DNA of 64,000 nucleotides from Escherichia coli (GTDB lineage Bacteria; Pseudomonadota; Gammaproteobacteria; Enterobacterales; Enterobacteriaceae), in the NCBI GenBank assembly GCA_032372955.1, contig GCA_032372955.1_4725.1; one strand, written 5' to 3'. The notes below the pieces were generated by a model. It saw nothing but the letters and a program-made list of their open reading frames with translations. It made no database searches and was not told where the DNA came from. The stretch's first letter is position 1. Every line of letters starts with the position of its first letter. The translations under genes were made by a program, and so were the position numbers. Positions 1 through 10,576 of this stretch are shown one piece after another.

Positions 1-16
1 GCCAGACGCCGCCAAG

Positions 17-616
17 ATGCGTGATATCTGGCCTATCATCAAAGAACGTTTCGGTCTTGGCCTTACCGCGGAAGAAATCGTCAACGACGAACTTAACTGG
101 GATACCGTTAACGGACAATTGCTTCGTGTCGCATCTAACTGCCTGGCTTGGACGGGGAGCGTTCGTATCTTGATGAAGTCGCGTGTACCGAATCTTGATG
201 ATATTATCGCGATCAAGGAGCTGGACGGCCTTAAGTTCTTCGGTCAAGGCGTACGCGCTAGCGGCGAGATTTACAGTTACAGCCGTGATACTTCTGATTA
301 CGGTGAACTGCTGGCTTCGCTGGTAACAGGTACCGTTATTAGCGATGTGGTGGTTGCCGATCTTCTGGCTGAAATGACTACCGATCGTTGGGTATTAGAC
401 GACAACGCCGCACCGTATAACCTGTATAATGCTAAAGTGGCTTTCAACGGTGAGTTAGGCGGACGTATTCCAGCAAGAGCAGGTTACCAATACGGTATCG
501 AGATCAGTCTGGATGAAAACTACTGTACTGCCGTTGGCGGTCCATTGATTTTCTATTACAATGTCGACGGACATACCGCAAGCCTCCAGGGTCGTTCTCC
601 AGAAGAACAAGGCTAA
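17..616 (+). CDS. hypothetical protein, LAWTGSV paralog family; reading frame is open to the window start so the gene may be 5'-truncated
   Basis: ORF track; shares LAWTGSV and C-terminal Y-C-T-x-x-GG motifs with 627..1478. Confidence 0.5.
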   Translation: MRDIWPIIKERFGLGLTAEEIVNDELNWDTVNGQLLRVASNCLAWTGSVRILMKSRVPNLDDIIAIKELDGLKFFGQGVRASGEIYSYSRDTSDYGELLASLVTGTVISDVVVADLLAEMTTDRWVLDDNAAPYNLYNAKVAFNGELGGRIPARAGYQYGIEISLDENYCTAVGGPLIFYYNVDGHTASLQGRSPEEQG

Positions 617-626
617 GGAATAAACA

Positions 627-1478
627 ATGAGTCAGAAATTGTTAAACAAAAGTCCTAAAGTACTGGTCGCTGAACTTATTCAGGCAGCCAATCCTGACTT
701 CGACTTTAACTTCGATGCAATTGATATCACGGATGTTGCTGAAAACGGAAACCACGCGTATAAACGGAACACGCGCGCTAAGGTATCGCCTTCGGCAACA
801 GTAACACCAGCACAATACCGTGAAAGCAGCTACGTGTGGTACGATCGTATCCCTATCCAAGACTTCTTCTTGGGGATGGAACCGAAGCTTGCTATCGATG
901 CCGGGGTTAAAACGACGCACGATCTTATCCCTCTGATTCAATCAACGTACGGAATCGTTATCGATCAGGATAGCTGCGTCGATTCTCCGATCGTACGAGG
1001 CGATGAATATCCGTTCCCGCACACCGTAGAATTGAAAACCACCGGATTGGCTTGGACGGGAAGTGTTACGTTCTATCTCCTCGATAGTGCCCACGATATT
1101 GCGGGGATGATGAAGACTTCGGTGATGACCGGTCTCAATTTCCCGTACTACACCGCAAATCGTATCCAGGCATTGGTCTACAGTTACGCCATAGACTGTA
1201 CAGCGATCCGTTCCGATCTCGCCGGATTAAAAGTTGGCGGTAACTTAAGCGCACTGGTTAGCTTATTCAACAACGTTGCGCCAACCCCGTGGGTTTATAA
1301 CGGCCGTGAAGACGAAAACAACCTTTACGGAGCCACCGTGCTTGCAACCGGTAAAACAACAGAACTTATCGCACAGGGTTATCCTGTTAACCCGGCGTTC
1401 GCTAACGCTGTCATCGTTACGCTTAGCCAAGATTACTGCACGAACTACGGCGGTATCCTGTTGATGCAATATAACTGA
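627..1478 (+). CDS. hypothetical protein, LAWTGSV paralog family
   Basis: ORF track; motifs STYGI, LAWTGSV, QDYCTNYGG shared with neighbouring paralogs; start 10 nt after previous stop. Confidence 0.55.
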   Translation: MSQKLLNKSPKVLVAELIQAANPDFDFNFDAIDITDVAENGNHAYKRNTRAKVSPSATVTPAQYRESSYVWYDRIPIQDFFLGMEPKLAIDAGVKTTHDLIPLIQSTYGIVIDQDSCVDSPIVRGDEYPFPHTVELKTTGLAWTGSVTFYLLDSAHDIAGMMKTSVMTGLNFPYYTANRIQALVYSYAIDCTAIRSDLAGLKVGGNLSALVSLFNNVAPTPWVYNGREDENNLYGATVLATGKTTELIAQGYPVNPAFANAVIVTLSQDYCTNYGGILLMQYN

Positions 1479-1494
1479 TTAAATAGGAAAAGAC

Positions 1495-2379
1495 ATGGCT
1501 TCTACACAAATCCGTGCTACCGATCGTATCGTCCGTACGATTATCGGCGGTCAAGTACAAACTAACCTTACGCTCGGTCTTCCTCATGCATGGGAAGAAC
1601 ACAGCACCTTGAATGAAAAGCTTCAGATTCAATCAAAGGTTTACCCCGAGGGTAATCCTGCTGTACGTTACTTCTGTATCGGCAACCAGGGTCACGAATT
1701 CATCCGCAACGCTAACGGTATCCCTTCCTCGATGCCGATCGCTCACGAAGCAAGCGATCTATCACCGTGGAAAATCAAACCTTTCGTAATGCGTGAAGTT
1801 GGTAACGACTTGACCACGGACGAACGCGCTAAATTTGGGTTACGTCGTATTGAGACACTGGAAAGCGGTAAAAAGTATATCTGTTATTACGGTCGTCGCA
1901 TCGATTTCGATAACGTTGTCCGCTCCATGCGTTATACCAAATACGTCGACGGTGTCGCTCAGACCATCGAATGGCATCCAACCGACGCGAACCTCAACCC
2001 CGCCCGACCAGATATTCCAACAACCGGAATTCTGGTAGCGACCGGGGAGTACTACGACTACAGCTGTAAAGTCTCTTTGGTTTGGACGCCATGGGATATT
2101 AACGAATATCTCAATGTGGCTAAACTCACCGAAGGTGGTGAAGAGTACGCGGTTATTTCTGAAATTGGGATGGTCTCTGCGGGCGATAAAATCGTTCGTG
2201 CTGATGATGGTCAAGGTTCGGCCTTCGACATGAACGAAATCGTCGGTGCGCAGGTTACCGATCTGATTTCGACTTACCACAACCTTTATACCACCAACGA
2301 TACGCTGACACTGAAATACGACCTTGGTGCGTTGGAAGCTCGTAAGGCAGGCCCGACGGGCGCAGAAATCCTACCGTAA
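1495..2379 (+). CDS. hypothetical protein
   Basis: 294-aa ORF, tightly packed in + strand operon. Confidence 0.5.
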   Translation: MASTQIRATDRIVRTIIGGQVQTNLTLGLPHAWEEHSTLNEKLQIQSKVYPEGNPAVRYFCIGNQGHEFIRNANGIPSSMPIAHEASDLSPWKIKPFVMREVGNDLTTDERAKFGLRRIETLESGKKYICYYGRRIDFDNVVRSMRYTKYVDGVAQTIEWHPTDANLNPARPDIPTTGILVATGEYYDYSCKVSLVWTPWDINEYLNVAKLTEGGEEYAVISEIGMVSAGDKIVRADDGQGSAFDMNEIVGAQVTDLISTYHNLYTTNDTLTLKYDLGALEARKAGPTGAEILP

Positions 2380-2394
2380 CCTAAGGGGTGTTAA

Positions 2395-3300
2395 ATGGAG
2401 TACAGTGAAATCCTAGGGTTAGAATCGAAAGAAATCCTCTTTCGGCTGATTCGAAAGCATAGCGATTTCGATGCTCGAGGCGTAACGCTGGATAAACTGG
2501 TTATCGGTGAGGCTTCTGAAAGCACAGGGTACAAGCGTAACAGCAAGTTAACCGTGCATCCCCAGCCGGGTTCAGGGCTGGTGAACTCTGTCGACATCTA
2601 TTATAACCGCATCGATCTTGGTAAACTGGGTACTTGGCCTGGCGGACAGCACCACTGGCCCGTCGAGATCGAAACCTTAGATGCGCTAACCAAGGTCTCT
2701 GAGATCCTACCTGTCTTAGCATCGACGTACGGTATCCTTCTCAACAAAACCGAGATTGTCGACGCAGATCTGGATAAGTCCAAGTCACCGATACAGGTTG
2801 TGATAACACCTAAACCCGGTAACCAAGTATGGGTTGGTCAGTTACTTGTCGAGTTAACTTCAGGACATAATGACCTCAACAACCTCGTTCGCAACAATAT
2901 GTTGGCTGGGTTGAATTATATCATCGATCGAGATAGCAGTAAACTCCCGGGCGCTATTGTTTCGTACAACTGGTTCGTATCTGCTGGTGTTCTGGCGTCA
3001 CTTACCGATGGTTATACGTTAACCTCAGGTGATACGCAATCGGAGGCACTAATCGCAGAAATGAACATGCTGCAATTGGGTCTCTCTGAAGAGATCGACG
3101 GCCTTATGGTCAACGATCGCTGGGTATTGTCAGCAATACCTGGACCACTCAACTTGCAGAATGCGAGAGTAATAGCCGATCCAGAGCAATTCAAAACACT
3201 ACCGTTTGGCGTGCGTACGGATGTTAGTAAAGCCGTCGTACTTCAACTTAGTGTGATGAATACGCTCATCGATGGTTATCTAACGCTATATGTAGCATAA
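2395..3300 (+). CDS. hypothetical protein, distant member of the same paralog family (ASTYGI motif)
   Basis: 301-aa ORF; RBS-like GGGGTG upstream; motif LPVLASTYGILL resembles LIPLIQSTYGIVI in 627..1478. Confidence 0.5.
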   Translation: MEYSEILGLESKEILFRLIRKHSDFDARGVTLDKLVIGEASESTGYKRNSKLTVHPQPGSGLVNSVDIYYNRIDLGKLGTWPGGQHHWPVEIETLDALTKVSEILPVLASTYGILLNKTEIVDADLDKSKSPIQVVITPKPGNQVWVGQLLVELTSGHNDLNNLVRNNMLAGLNYIIDRDSSKLPGAIVSYNWFVSAGVLASLTDGYTLTSGDTQSEALIAEMNMLQLGLSEEIDGLMVNDRWVLSAIPGPLNLQNARVIADPEQFKTLPFGVRTDVSKAVVLQLSVMNTLIDGYLTLYVA

Positions 3301-3309
3301 CAGCATATC

Positions 3310-3341
3310 CCCTCCTCCTTCCCTGTTGGGTTGGAGGAGGG
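3310..3341. terminator. GC-rich hairpin CCCTCCTCC/GGAGGAGGG between convergent genes, followed by T-rich tract; likely bidirectional terminator
   Basis: perfect 9-bp inverted repeat 3310-3318 / 3333-3341. Confidence 0.5.
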
Positions 3342-3351
3342 TTATGTTTGG

Positions 3352-4632
3352 TTATTTGTTTTTCTGACTGGAATCGATCAATTCGAGCTTGTGTACTGTC
3401 TGCAACGTCGCATGCGTTTCCAACCAGACCTGGTGAAGATAAGGCGTATCGTTAAGCCGCTTAACGCGCGTATGTTTGTACAACGTATTTTCAAACAACA
3501 TGTTCTTACGAAGTCCCCAGCGCGAGTGAAGTACCCATAACGGTTTTTCATAGGTCTGCACGTAAGCTGGTAACTCGCCGAGATCGGCTCGAATCAGTCC
3601 TTCCGGTTTCTTACCTAAGAAATACTGTCCTGGTACACCACTTCGTGGTAAAGGTTCTTGTGTAACCTGAATCGATGTTGCTTTGATGTACACCCAGAAA
3701 CTGCAAGGATGCGTCACCCACGCTTTCAATGCTTTATCAGACAATAAACGATTGGCAACAATGTCGGACTGTGGGTCTTCTTCGTTCAACAGAATACCAA
3801 GAGATGTTAGATCAAGGTATTTGCGGGAACGGAAGTATCTTTCATAGAGAAACATGTTAATGCAGTTTATTTTCGCTGTCGTGTCGCTAACGATCGTGTA
3901 ACAATCGTCAAGAAGATGTAAATATCCCCCGAACACCAGCGCGACGGTTTCATCTTCGGCGACCTTGCGCGGTAGCCGTAAATACATCTCGTCCTTATAC
4001 GGCAAGAGCTTCGTGGAATCAGCGATCATCTCTTCTGTGATAGCATGGATTTCCAAACTCCCGATACGGCTAAAATCAATCATACCGATATCGTTTTCTT
4101 GGCCACGCTGTGCTGTCTTGAACCCACCTTGGATATAGACACCAACGTCTTTACCGTAAACGTGAGGATGGACATAACCGCCTACGGTGAACAAGCAGTG
4201 TTTGCCGATATTTTCGTAATTCGTATTCGCTTTCGTCAACAGGATATCAGTGCGTTCCGACTCGGGAATCGCGTTGCTTGGATGATAGCCACTATTACCG
4301 ACTTTAGGGAGAAAGCCTACCGTAATAGCGTCATGACAATAAAGCTTGTGGGTTTTAATCGACAGCTCGCCAGGCTGTCCACGAAGGTTAGTATGCGCAT
4401 CCGATTTCGCTTTCAACCACGCATTGAGTGTATCACTGCTGTTTTGAAGCTCGGATTGAAATGTGTACAGATCAATAACTTGTTGCTGGTCAGCATAGCT
4501 TTCATGGACCTGGATCTTGAGTTTTTGATACGTTGAGAACAACGTACTCAGGACACTTTCACCCGCCTCAAGCGCTGTCCAGGCCGTGCCAGAACCCACG
4601 GGTAATCCGTAAGTTTTTACCAATGTATACAT
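3352..4632 (-). CDS. hypothetical protein
   Basis: 426-aa ORF on minus strand; GGAG-type RBS context upstream of start. Confidence 0.5.
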   Translation of the reverse strand: MYTLVKTYGLPVGSGTAWTALEAGESVLSTLFSTYQKLKIQVHESYADQQQVIDLYTFQSELQNSSDTLNAWLKAKSDAHTNLRGQPGELSIKTHKLYCHDAITVGFLPKVGNSGYHPSNAIPESERTDILLTKANTNYENIGKHCLFTVGGYVHPHVYGKDVGVYIQGGFKTAQRGQENDIGMIDFSRIGSLEIHAITEEMIADSTKLLPYKDEMYLRLPRKVAEDETVALVFGGYLHLLDDCYTIVSDTTAKINCINMFLYERYFRSRKYLDLTSLGILLNEEDPQSDIVANRLLSDKALKAWVTHPCSFWVYIKATSIQVTQEPLPRSGVPGQYFLGKKPEGLIRADLGELPAYVQTYEKPLWVLHSRWGLRKNMLFENTLYKHTRVKRLNDTPYLHQVWLETHATLQTVHKLELIDSSQKNK

Positions 4633-4686
4633 GGGAGAGGCCCCCTTATTTTATAGTTACAGTAATATTTTACCGCTGTTAACACA

Positions 4687-4704
4687 GGATACCCCAGGGT
4701 ATCC
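4687..4704. promoter_or_regulatory. perfect palindrome GGATACCC-CA-GGGTATCC in divergent intergenic region; candidate operator
   Basis: 8-nt arms with 2-nt spacer between divergent starts at 4632 and 4737. Confidence 0.3.
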
Positions 4705-4736
4705 CATACTTACTAACAACTTGTAAAGGGCGCATC

Positions 4737-6890
4737 ATGACAGATGAAATTAAACGCCTTCCGTATAACCCGCAGGGGAATTTGGATGGCGCATGGGTTC
4801 CAGAAGAACCCGTCACTGTCCGTCCTTCCACGGGGACCGGATTTAACTTTCTCGTTCCTAAATACGCGCCATATTTTCGTAATGGGTTAAAGATCTACAA
4901 CCCTGAAACAAACGCGTATCTGGAAGAAGGCGTTGACTTTTTATGCACTCACCCCTTCCGTGCCATGGCTGCGCTGACCGGCCTGGAATTATACGGTTCC
5001 ATCATGCTGTTGGACACCGCATTCAGTGGACAGTTGCAACTGAACTACTATTCACTGGGGGGTGAGTTTACACTTGATCAACAACAAATTCTTAACGTTT
5101 TAGCCAACAACCTCTACGACCCCCGCGTTACGTTCTGGGAAAAGGTTGCTGACGTTCCTTCCGTATTCCCGCCAATCAACCACCAACATAATGTCGAAAC
5201 CGACACAATGACGTGGGACGATGTGGTGGCGGCAATCGAATCATTGAAAGAACCGCTTGAAGAAGGGTTCAATAAAGCAATGACCGCATTGCTGCAGCAC
5301 GAGAATCGTCGCGATAACCCCCATGGCGTAACCAAGGCTCAAGTTGGATTGGGGAATGTTCAGAACTTCACAACGGCGACCGAGAGCGATCTGGAAACCA
5401 TCGGTGAAAATCTGTACATGACGTTGGCGATGACGCGTAAGATGATCGCTAACCTGAGTGGTGATAGTGCTGCTGCACACATCAGCAACTACAACAACCC
5501 ACACAAGGTAACTAAAGCCCAGGTGGGACTCGGAAACGTTGAGAACTACGGTACAGCCGATAGTAATGCAACCATTACCGGTACGGCCACAAATCTGTAC
5601 ACAACACCAGCGGGTGTACGTGCGGCAATCAAGGCGATCACGGACGGCTTAAGTACGCGCATCGATCATGTCAACGCTGCGTTAACAACCCATACCGGGG
5701 ATAATAACAACCCTCACGCTGTTACGAAAGCACAGGTAGGACTGGGGGACGTACAGAACTACGGTGTGGCGTCTAATGGGGAAGCCGGTGCAGGTGTTGC
5801 TAACAACAAATACATGACGCCCGCAACCACAGCAGCCGCCATCGCAGCGTTAATCACCCCAACCGTAACCGAACATATCGGTAACACCAACAACCCACAT
5901 GGGGTGACCAAAGCCCAAGTCGGTCTGGGAAGCGTGCAGAACTTTGGGGTTGCTACTACCCAAGAAGCTATCGACGGTCAGGCTAACAACAAGTACATGA
6001 CACCAATACTTGTTCGTTACGCGATCGAGCAAATGGCTGGTCAAGGGTTCAGTAGTCACATCGCAAATACCGAGAACCCGCACCAAGTATCTAAAGCACA
6101 GGTAGGGTTGGGGAGTGTTGAAAACTATCCTGTCGCTTCTGATGTGGAAGCACAAACAGGTGTAGCGACCAACCGCTATATGACACCGGCTGCGACAAAA
6201 GCGGCAATCATCGCTTTAGCGGGTGATGGTTTTGCGGCACACGTTGTCGATAAGAGCAACCCGCATGAAGTAACAAAATCTCAAGTTGGGTTAGGGAACG
6301 TACAGGACTTTGCTGTCGCCACCGACACGCAAGCTGCCGACAAGACTAACCAGACGACGTACATGACACCGTACTCGACTTACAAGTCAATTGCGGCGTT
6401 TGCGGCGTTAGCCGATCATACGCACACAGCCGAACAAGTCGGTGCGCTCCCCATCAATGGGGGTAAGTTAACCGGACCAATCGATCTTTCAGCAACGTCT
6501 ATCACGGGTACCGGACTCGGTATCGATGGTGCTAATGGTTCAATCAACGTCAATAAGTTGACCATCAACCAGCTTCTGGAAGCTTACGGTGGCATTGAAT
6601 CCAGTGATACGATTAAAATCCTGAACGACGATGAGACGCCCGCTAACTTCCTTGCCGATGGCGATCTCGAAGGGATCAAATGGGTTAACATCAACAGCCA
6701 AGAACCTGGAGAGAACCAAGACGGCGAGAAGATGCAGAAGATCGGTAAGCTGAGCGATTACCTTAAGAACGATTATTTAACCAGCTTGAAGACGAACACA
6801 GCGTTCCGTGATGTCTTCCAAGCACTGCTTAGGGAATTCCTTGCTAACTTCAACGCGGTTATCAAAGCAACCGACTTCGAGACGTTATAA
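4737..6890 (+). CDS. tail fibre protein with six tandem NPHxVTKAQVGLGNVxN[YF] repeat units
   Basis: 717-aa ORF; six copies of the repeat; N-terminal region and repeat shared with 10577..12625. Confidence 0.7.
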   Translation: MTDEIKRLPYNPQGNLDGAWVPEEPVTVRPSTGTGFNFLVPKYAPYFRNGLKIYNPETNAYLEEGVDFLCTHPFRAMAALTGLELYGSIMLLDTAFSGQLQLNYYSLGGEFTLDQQQILNVLANNLYDPRVTFWEKVADVPSVFPPINHQHNVETDTMTWDDVVAAIESLKEPLEEGFNKAMTALLQHENRRDNPHGVTKAQVGLGNVQNFTTATESDLETIGENLYMTLAMTRKMIANLSGDSAAAHISNYNNPHKVTKAQVGLGNVENYGTADSNATITGTATNLYTTPAGVRAAIKAITDGLSTRIDHVNAALTTHTGDNNNPHAVTKAQVGLGDVQNYGVASNGEAGAGVANNKYMTPATTAAAIAALITPTVTEHIGNTNNPHGVTKAQVGLGSVQNFGVATTQEAIDGQANNKYMTPILVRYAIEQMAGQGFSSHIANTENPHQVSKAQVGLGSVENYPVASDVEAQTGVATNRYMTPAATKAAIIALAGDGFAAHVVDKSNPHEVTKSQVGLGNVQDFAVATDTQAADKTNQTTYMTPYSTYKSIAAFAALADHTHTAEQVGALPINGGKLTGPIDLSATSITGTGLGIDGANGSINVNKLTINQLLEAYGGIESSDTIKILNDDETPANFLADGDLEGIKWVNINSQEPGENQDGEKMQKIGKLSDYLKNDYLTSLKTNTAFRDVFQALLREFLANFNAVIKATDFETL

Positions 6891-6895
6891 CGGAT

Positions 6896-6930
6896 GGGTG
6901 GGTTCTACCCACCTTTCCTTCTTTTTATTT
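6896..6930 (+). terminator. intrinsic terminator (GGGTGGGT stem, T-rich tail)
   Basis: stem 6896-6913 followed by TTTCCTTCTTTTTATTTTT. Confidence 0.55.
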
Positions 6931-6941
6931 TTCGATAGGAT

Positions 6942-7457
6942 GTGAAAATGGGCACAAAAATGAGTGAATTGGGTGCTCGCATGACGGCATGGTACGCAAG
7001 GAAGGATAACCCTAACCAAGTCACCGCAGCACAAATCGACGCACCCGATAAAAACACGATCGATACGAGAATCGGCAAAAAGCTCCCTAAGGGGATACTC
7101 CCCGTAGCGTATTTCGGTGATTGTACTGATATCCGTAGCGAACGCATCAGCAACGTTACCGCCAGCGGTACGGTAATCTCGTATCCTGAAATACCCGTCA
7201 TGATCGCCGGTACCGACTATATTCTGGCGAAGGGAACGCTAGACATCAAAAAACTTACTTCCGACTGGGCGAACAAAACCGGTTATCTTTTCATTCGTCA
7301 GAAAGACGGATCGATCGATTGGATCTGGCAGAGTAGTGCTGGGGTCGATACGTCAACAGCAATTCGCGTCGGGCAGGTGAGCTGTAACGCAACAGGAATC
7401 ACTTCGGTGGTCTTTAACAAAGTCTTCATCCTCGGCCAAAAACGTTACATGGGGTAA
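6942..7457 (+). CDS. small tail-fibre-associated protein (degenerate NP[NH]xVT N-terminal motif)
   Basis: 171-aa ORF; N-terminus DNPNQVTAAQ resembles the fibre repeat. Confidence 0.4.
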   Translation: MKMGTKMSELGARMTAWYARKDNPNQVTAAQIDAPDKNTIDTRIGKKLPKGILPVAYFGDCTDIRSERISNVTASGTVISYPEIPVMIAGTDYILAKGTLDIKKLTSDWANKTGYLFIRQKDGSIDWIWQSSAGVDTSTAIRVGQVSCNATGITSVVFNKVFILGQKRYMG

Positions 7458-7461
7458 CCGC

Positions 7462-7947
7462 ATGAAGCTATCAACACTGCTTTCTGAATGGGGGACGTAT
7501 CTTACCCAAAAGAACCCTCACGAGGTAACGCCAACACAAACAGATGTCTACGTTAAGACCGAAGTGGCTTCTAAACTTGCACCGCTTGTTACCCAGTGTT
7601 ACCTTCCCTTTCTTTTTTTCAGTCGCGATCGTATCGTACCGTCTGGTTCTTACAACAACGGAAGAATAAGTTTGTCGGAAGGTGTTGCCGAATACAATAC
7701 CAAAGAGGGTGTTGTTCCTGCAACGACGTTGGATGTGTCTGGTGTAAGTGAATCTGTTGGCTGGGTTTATCTTGCTGTCACCGATAGCGGTTTCGCCTAT
7801 ACGTTAACGGATAGCAACAGTAGTTACAAAAACGTGATGCGTATCGGGACATGGAACAAAGTTCAGGGTACCGTGCACCTCGCGGCAACACGTAAGATCG
7901 GCACCGTTGAAATCGACGACGGACAGCTTCCTGACTCGCCTATTTAA
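7462..7947 (+). CDS. small tail-fibre-associated protein, paralog of 6942..7457
   Basis: 161-aa ORF; N-terminus KNPHEVTPTQ; start 5 nt after previous stop. Confidence 0.4.
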   Translation: MKLSTLLSEWGTYLTQKNPHEVTPTQTDVYVKTEVASKLAPLVTQCYLPFLFFSRDRIVPSGSYNNGRISLSEGVAEYNTKEGVVPATTLDVSGVSESVGWVYLAVTDSGFAYTLTDSNSSYKNVMRIGTWNKVQGTVHLAATRKIGTVEIDDGQLPDSPI

Positions 7948-7959
7948 TCGAGGTGAATA

Positions 7960-10563
7960 ATGGCAATGAAAAAGTTCAGCGAACTGGTGAATAGCGTTAC
8001 TACGCGTATCGCCAGTCGCAACAATCCAACAGGACTAAACGCGAGCGATCTCGGTGCCTACAGTACCGCTGAGTTCAACACTGAGATGGAAAAATACATC
8101 GATATTGGCGTAACCGATATCGAACAGGTTGGGGACCAAAGTTATTTTCCTCTGGCAATCGAAGGCTCCGCTGACGGTGCTATCTCCCTAAACGACAGAT
8201 ACCGTCGTTACGGCGTATGTCGTGAATCAGACGGTACTATCGTGTTATTGCGTTCAGCAACGAACAGCGTAAAGAAAGGGGTTTACTACGTTATCTGTAA
8301 AACAGATCAAAACGGGCAAATCACCGAAGTTATCCCAACCAGTCGTCGTTATGAACCCGCGACGCTCGACCGTATTCCTACGGCGATATACTGTCACCAG
8401 AACGGTATCATGTTAGGTCAAGCTGCTTTTGAAGACGGTAGCAGCCCTAAAATGTTTATCGCGTTGACAGACGGAACGTTTGACGCATCCAAACATGTCG
8501 CCATGTATCTTGATGGTAGTCTTGCCAACTTTGTTGATACATCACCGCATATCTGCTGTTGGGAAATTAACGGTAAAATCTACATCGCTATCGCTGGCAC
8601 TAACAGTTATAAACTCTACTTAAATGTTTATACCGTAACTAAATCTTCCATCGGTCCCAGCGGTGGCAGCGTAGCGGCTACGCAGCTTACGAATATTAGC
8701 GGTAGAACGATAGAAGGAACAGCGATAAGCAACAGTGCCGAGATGATTGTCTGCAACCGCATATCTGCGAACGATTTCCCTTCTGACGGGATCGGTCAAA
8801 TCGTCTGGCGCGCTCAGATTCGTCTGCATGCGGCAACCAAAGGCACGAAAGCACGTATTCTGATTGCTTCGTCGTGGTGGACAAACAACCGCAAAAATCA
8901 GCAAAAGAACGGGGTACATCAGTTCTATCTGGATTTTGAAACCACCAACAACAGTTATAGCATGAATCCAGGCGCTGGACAATCCACGTACGTGTCAACC
9001 GATAGCGGAATAGACTGGGTAGGACCTTCCAACACAACGGCGGGGACAAGCGGGTATAACGACGGTTTCTGGCAGTGGGGTTCGGGTAACAGTACGGGAA
9101 ATATTGAAATCGATGAACGTGGTCAAGTCGCTGTGATTCAAAACGACAACTTATCCGCTCCCTACGCACGATCGTACACTATCAGAGGTTTCTCTGGAAA
9201 CGTGTTTGACGAACTTGCCAAACTTGGTCCAACCAGTGGAATACAGCACGACTCAAACTGGAAAAGCGTTGACGATCGTGTCGTTGGTGCACTTGCGTCC
9301 CATGGTTACCTGGGTTTCTTTGCTAAAAACAAGGTTTTCGTTAACTCGCGTACGGCTGGTGGGCAAGGTAATTTCGAAGCCCGTTTGGTGACTTACGATT
9401 GGAACCTTAGCTATCGTTATCGAGGTGAGGGTATAGACGTTTACGGTTTTCCACCTTCCAACAACGTGGTGGTTAGCGCAGGTCAACTATCGCGACCTTT
9501 CCTAACCGTACATTTAAGCGATGACAATACGGTAGTTAGCGGGTCTTATTTAACTGATTCAAACTTATCCGGTAAAATCGGATACGACGCCACCAAACTC
9601 GCACCTTCCGGTGAAGACATCAGTATAACCGCAGCCAACCTGCAAGCGGGCGGACAGCTCGTGTGGAACGCGTATACTGGAACCAAGGTGTCTGGTGTTA
9701 GTCAGTGGCAGCATGCGTTAGCCGTACCTCCAGATGGTACAAACGCACCCTGTATTCTGTTTGTTGCTGGCTGTAATAACAGCACGCGCGTACATGGACG
9801 AATCGCTGCGGAAGTTACCGTATCCGCACGTAAAGGTGCTATTACGGTGACGGGCGTAACCAAACTGCTGGGTTATGTCGAGGAAGCCGATACAACAACT
9901 ATCGGTAGTCAGTATGCTGCCTGGGGTGCATTAGCTTACAAGAAGGTGAGTGATGGATGGCTTGTTGCGGGACATGTTCCGTACTCCCGTCAGTCTGCAG
10001 GGAACCAGAACACCTATCAGTTCCGAGCTGGACGACAAAACGATGGGAACTGGACAACCATCGCATTTGAAGGTATGTATGCTTACCTACAGACAAGCGG
10101 CTGGCGCTGGAACGTGCATCCGGTGTGGGGAATCGGTTATGTTGATACCGCAGTCTCTACGGTGATGGGTAATGGCGGTCAAGTCTTTAGCGCTGTCGGT
10201 AATTCCGTTGCGGAATATAAAGCTCTCGCTGTTAAAAACCGTTACATGGTTTCTACGGTCGTTGCTGCTTCCGGTTACGATATCTACATCAACGAAGACA
10301 TCACTTGCTTGTTTGCCGGTAAAGTCATGACCCTACCTAAAGGCCATTATAACCTAAAAGACTATAATAGCTCACCAGGTAATAAAACATGGTACGTTTC
10401 CGTTGTTCCTAATGGCGACCAGTTAGAACTGGAGTTAACCATCTACAAGCAAGAGGATGATAAAGGACAGCGCGTTAATATCGGAACGATTACGACCAGC
10501 GATACCCAGATCTCTGTCATTAATCTCAATAAGACAACCAAATTAGGTACAGTCACGTTATAA
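7960..10563 (+). CDS. large putative tail fibre / receptor-binding protein
   Basis: 867-aa ORF inside the fibre cluster; GAGGTG RBS; Ser/Thr/Gly/Asn-rich composition typical of fibre proteins. Confidence 0.45.
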   Translation: MAMKKFSELVNSVTTRIASRNNPTGLNASDLGAYSTAEFNTEMEKYIDIGVTDIEQVGDQSYFPLAIEGSADGAISLNDRYRRYGVCRESDGTIVLLRSATNSVKKGVYYVICKTDQNGQITEVIPTSRRYEPATLDRIPTAIYCHQNGIMLGQAAFEDGSSPKMFIALTDGTFDASKHVAMYLDGSLANFVDTSPHICCWEINGKIYIAIAGTNSYKLYLNVYTVTKSSIGPSGGSVAATQLTNISGRTIEGTAISNSAEMIVCNRISANDFPSDGIGQIVWRAQIRLHAATKGTKARILIASSWWTNNRKNQQKNGVHQFYLDFETTNNSYSMNPGAGQSTYVSTDSGIDWVGPSNTTAGTSGYNDGFWQWGSGNSTGNIEIDERGQVAVIQNDNLSAPYARSYTIRGFSGNVFDELAKLGPTSGIQHDSNWKSVDDRVVGALASHGYLGFFAKNKVFVNSRTAGGQGNFEARLVTYDWNLSYRYRGEGIDVYGFPPSNNVVVSAGQLSRPFLTVHLSDDNTVVSGSYLTDSNLSGKIGYDATKLAPSGEDISITAANLQAGGQLVWNAYTGTKVSGVSQWQHALAVPPDGTNAPCILFVAGCNNSTRVHGRIAAEVTVSARKGAITVTGVTKLLGYVEEADTTTIGSQYAAWGALAYKKVSDGWLVAGHVPYSRQSAGNQNTYQFRAGRQNDGNWTTIAFEGMYAYLQTSGWRWNVHPVWGIGYVDTAVSTVMGNGGQVFSAVGNSVAEYKALAVKNRYMVSTVVAASGYDIYINEDITCLFAGKVMTLPKGHYNLKDYNSSPGNKTWYVSVVPNGDQLELELTIYKQEDDKGQRVNIGTITTSDTQISVINLNKTTKLGTVTL

Positions 10564-10576
10564 GGACCTCCAGGTT

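Noticed and set aside
4045-4536. 163-aa + strand ORF
   Set aside because: Entirely inside the better-supported minus-strand gene 3352..4632; shadow ORF.
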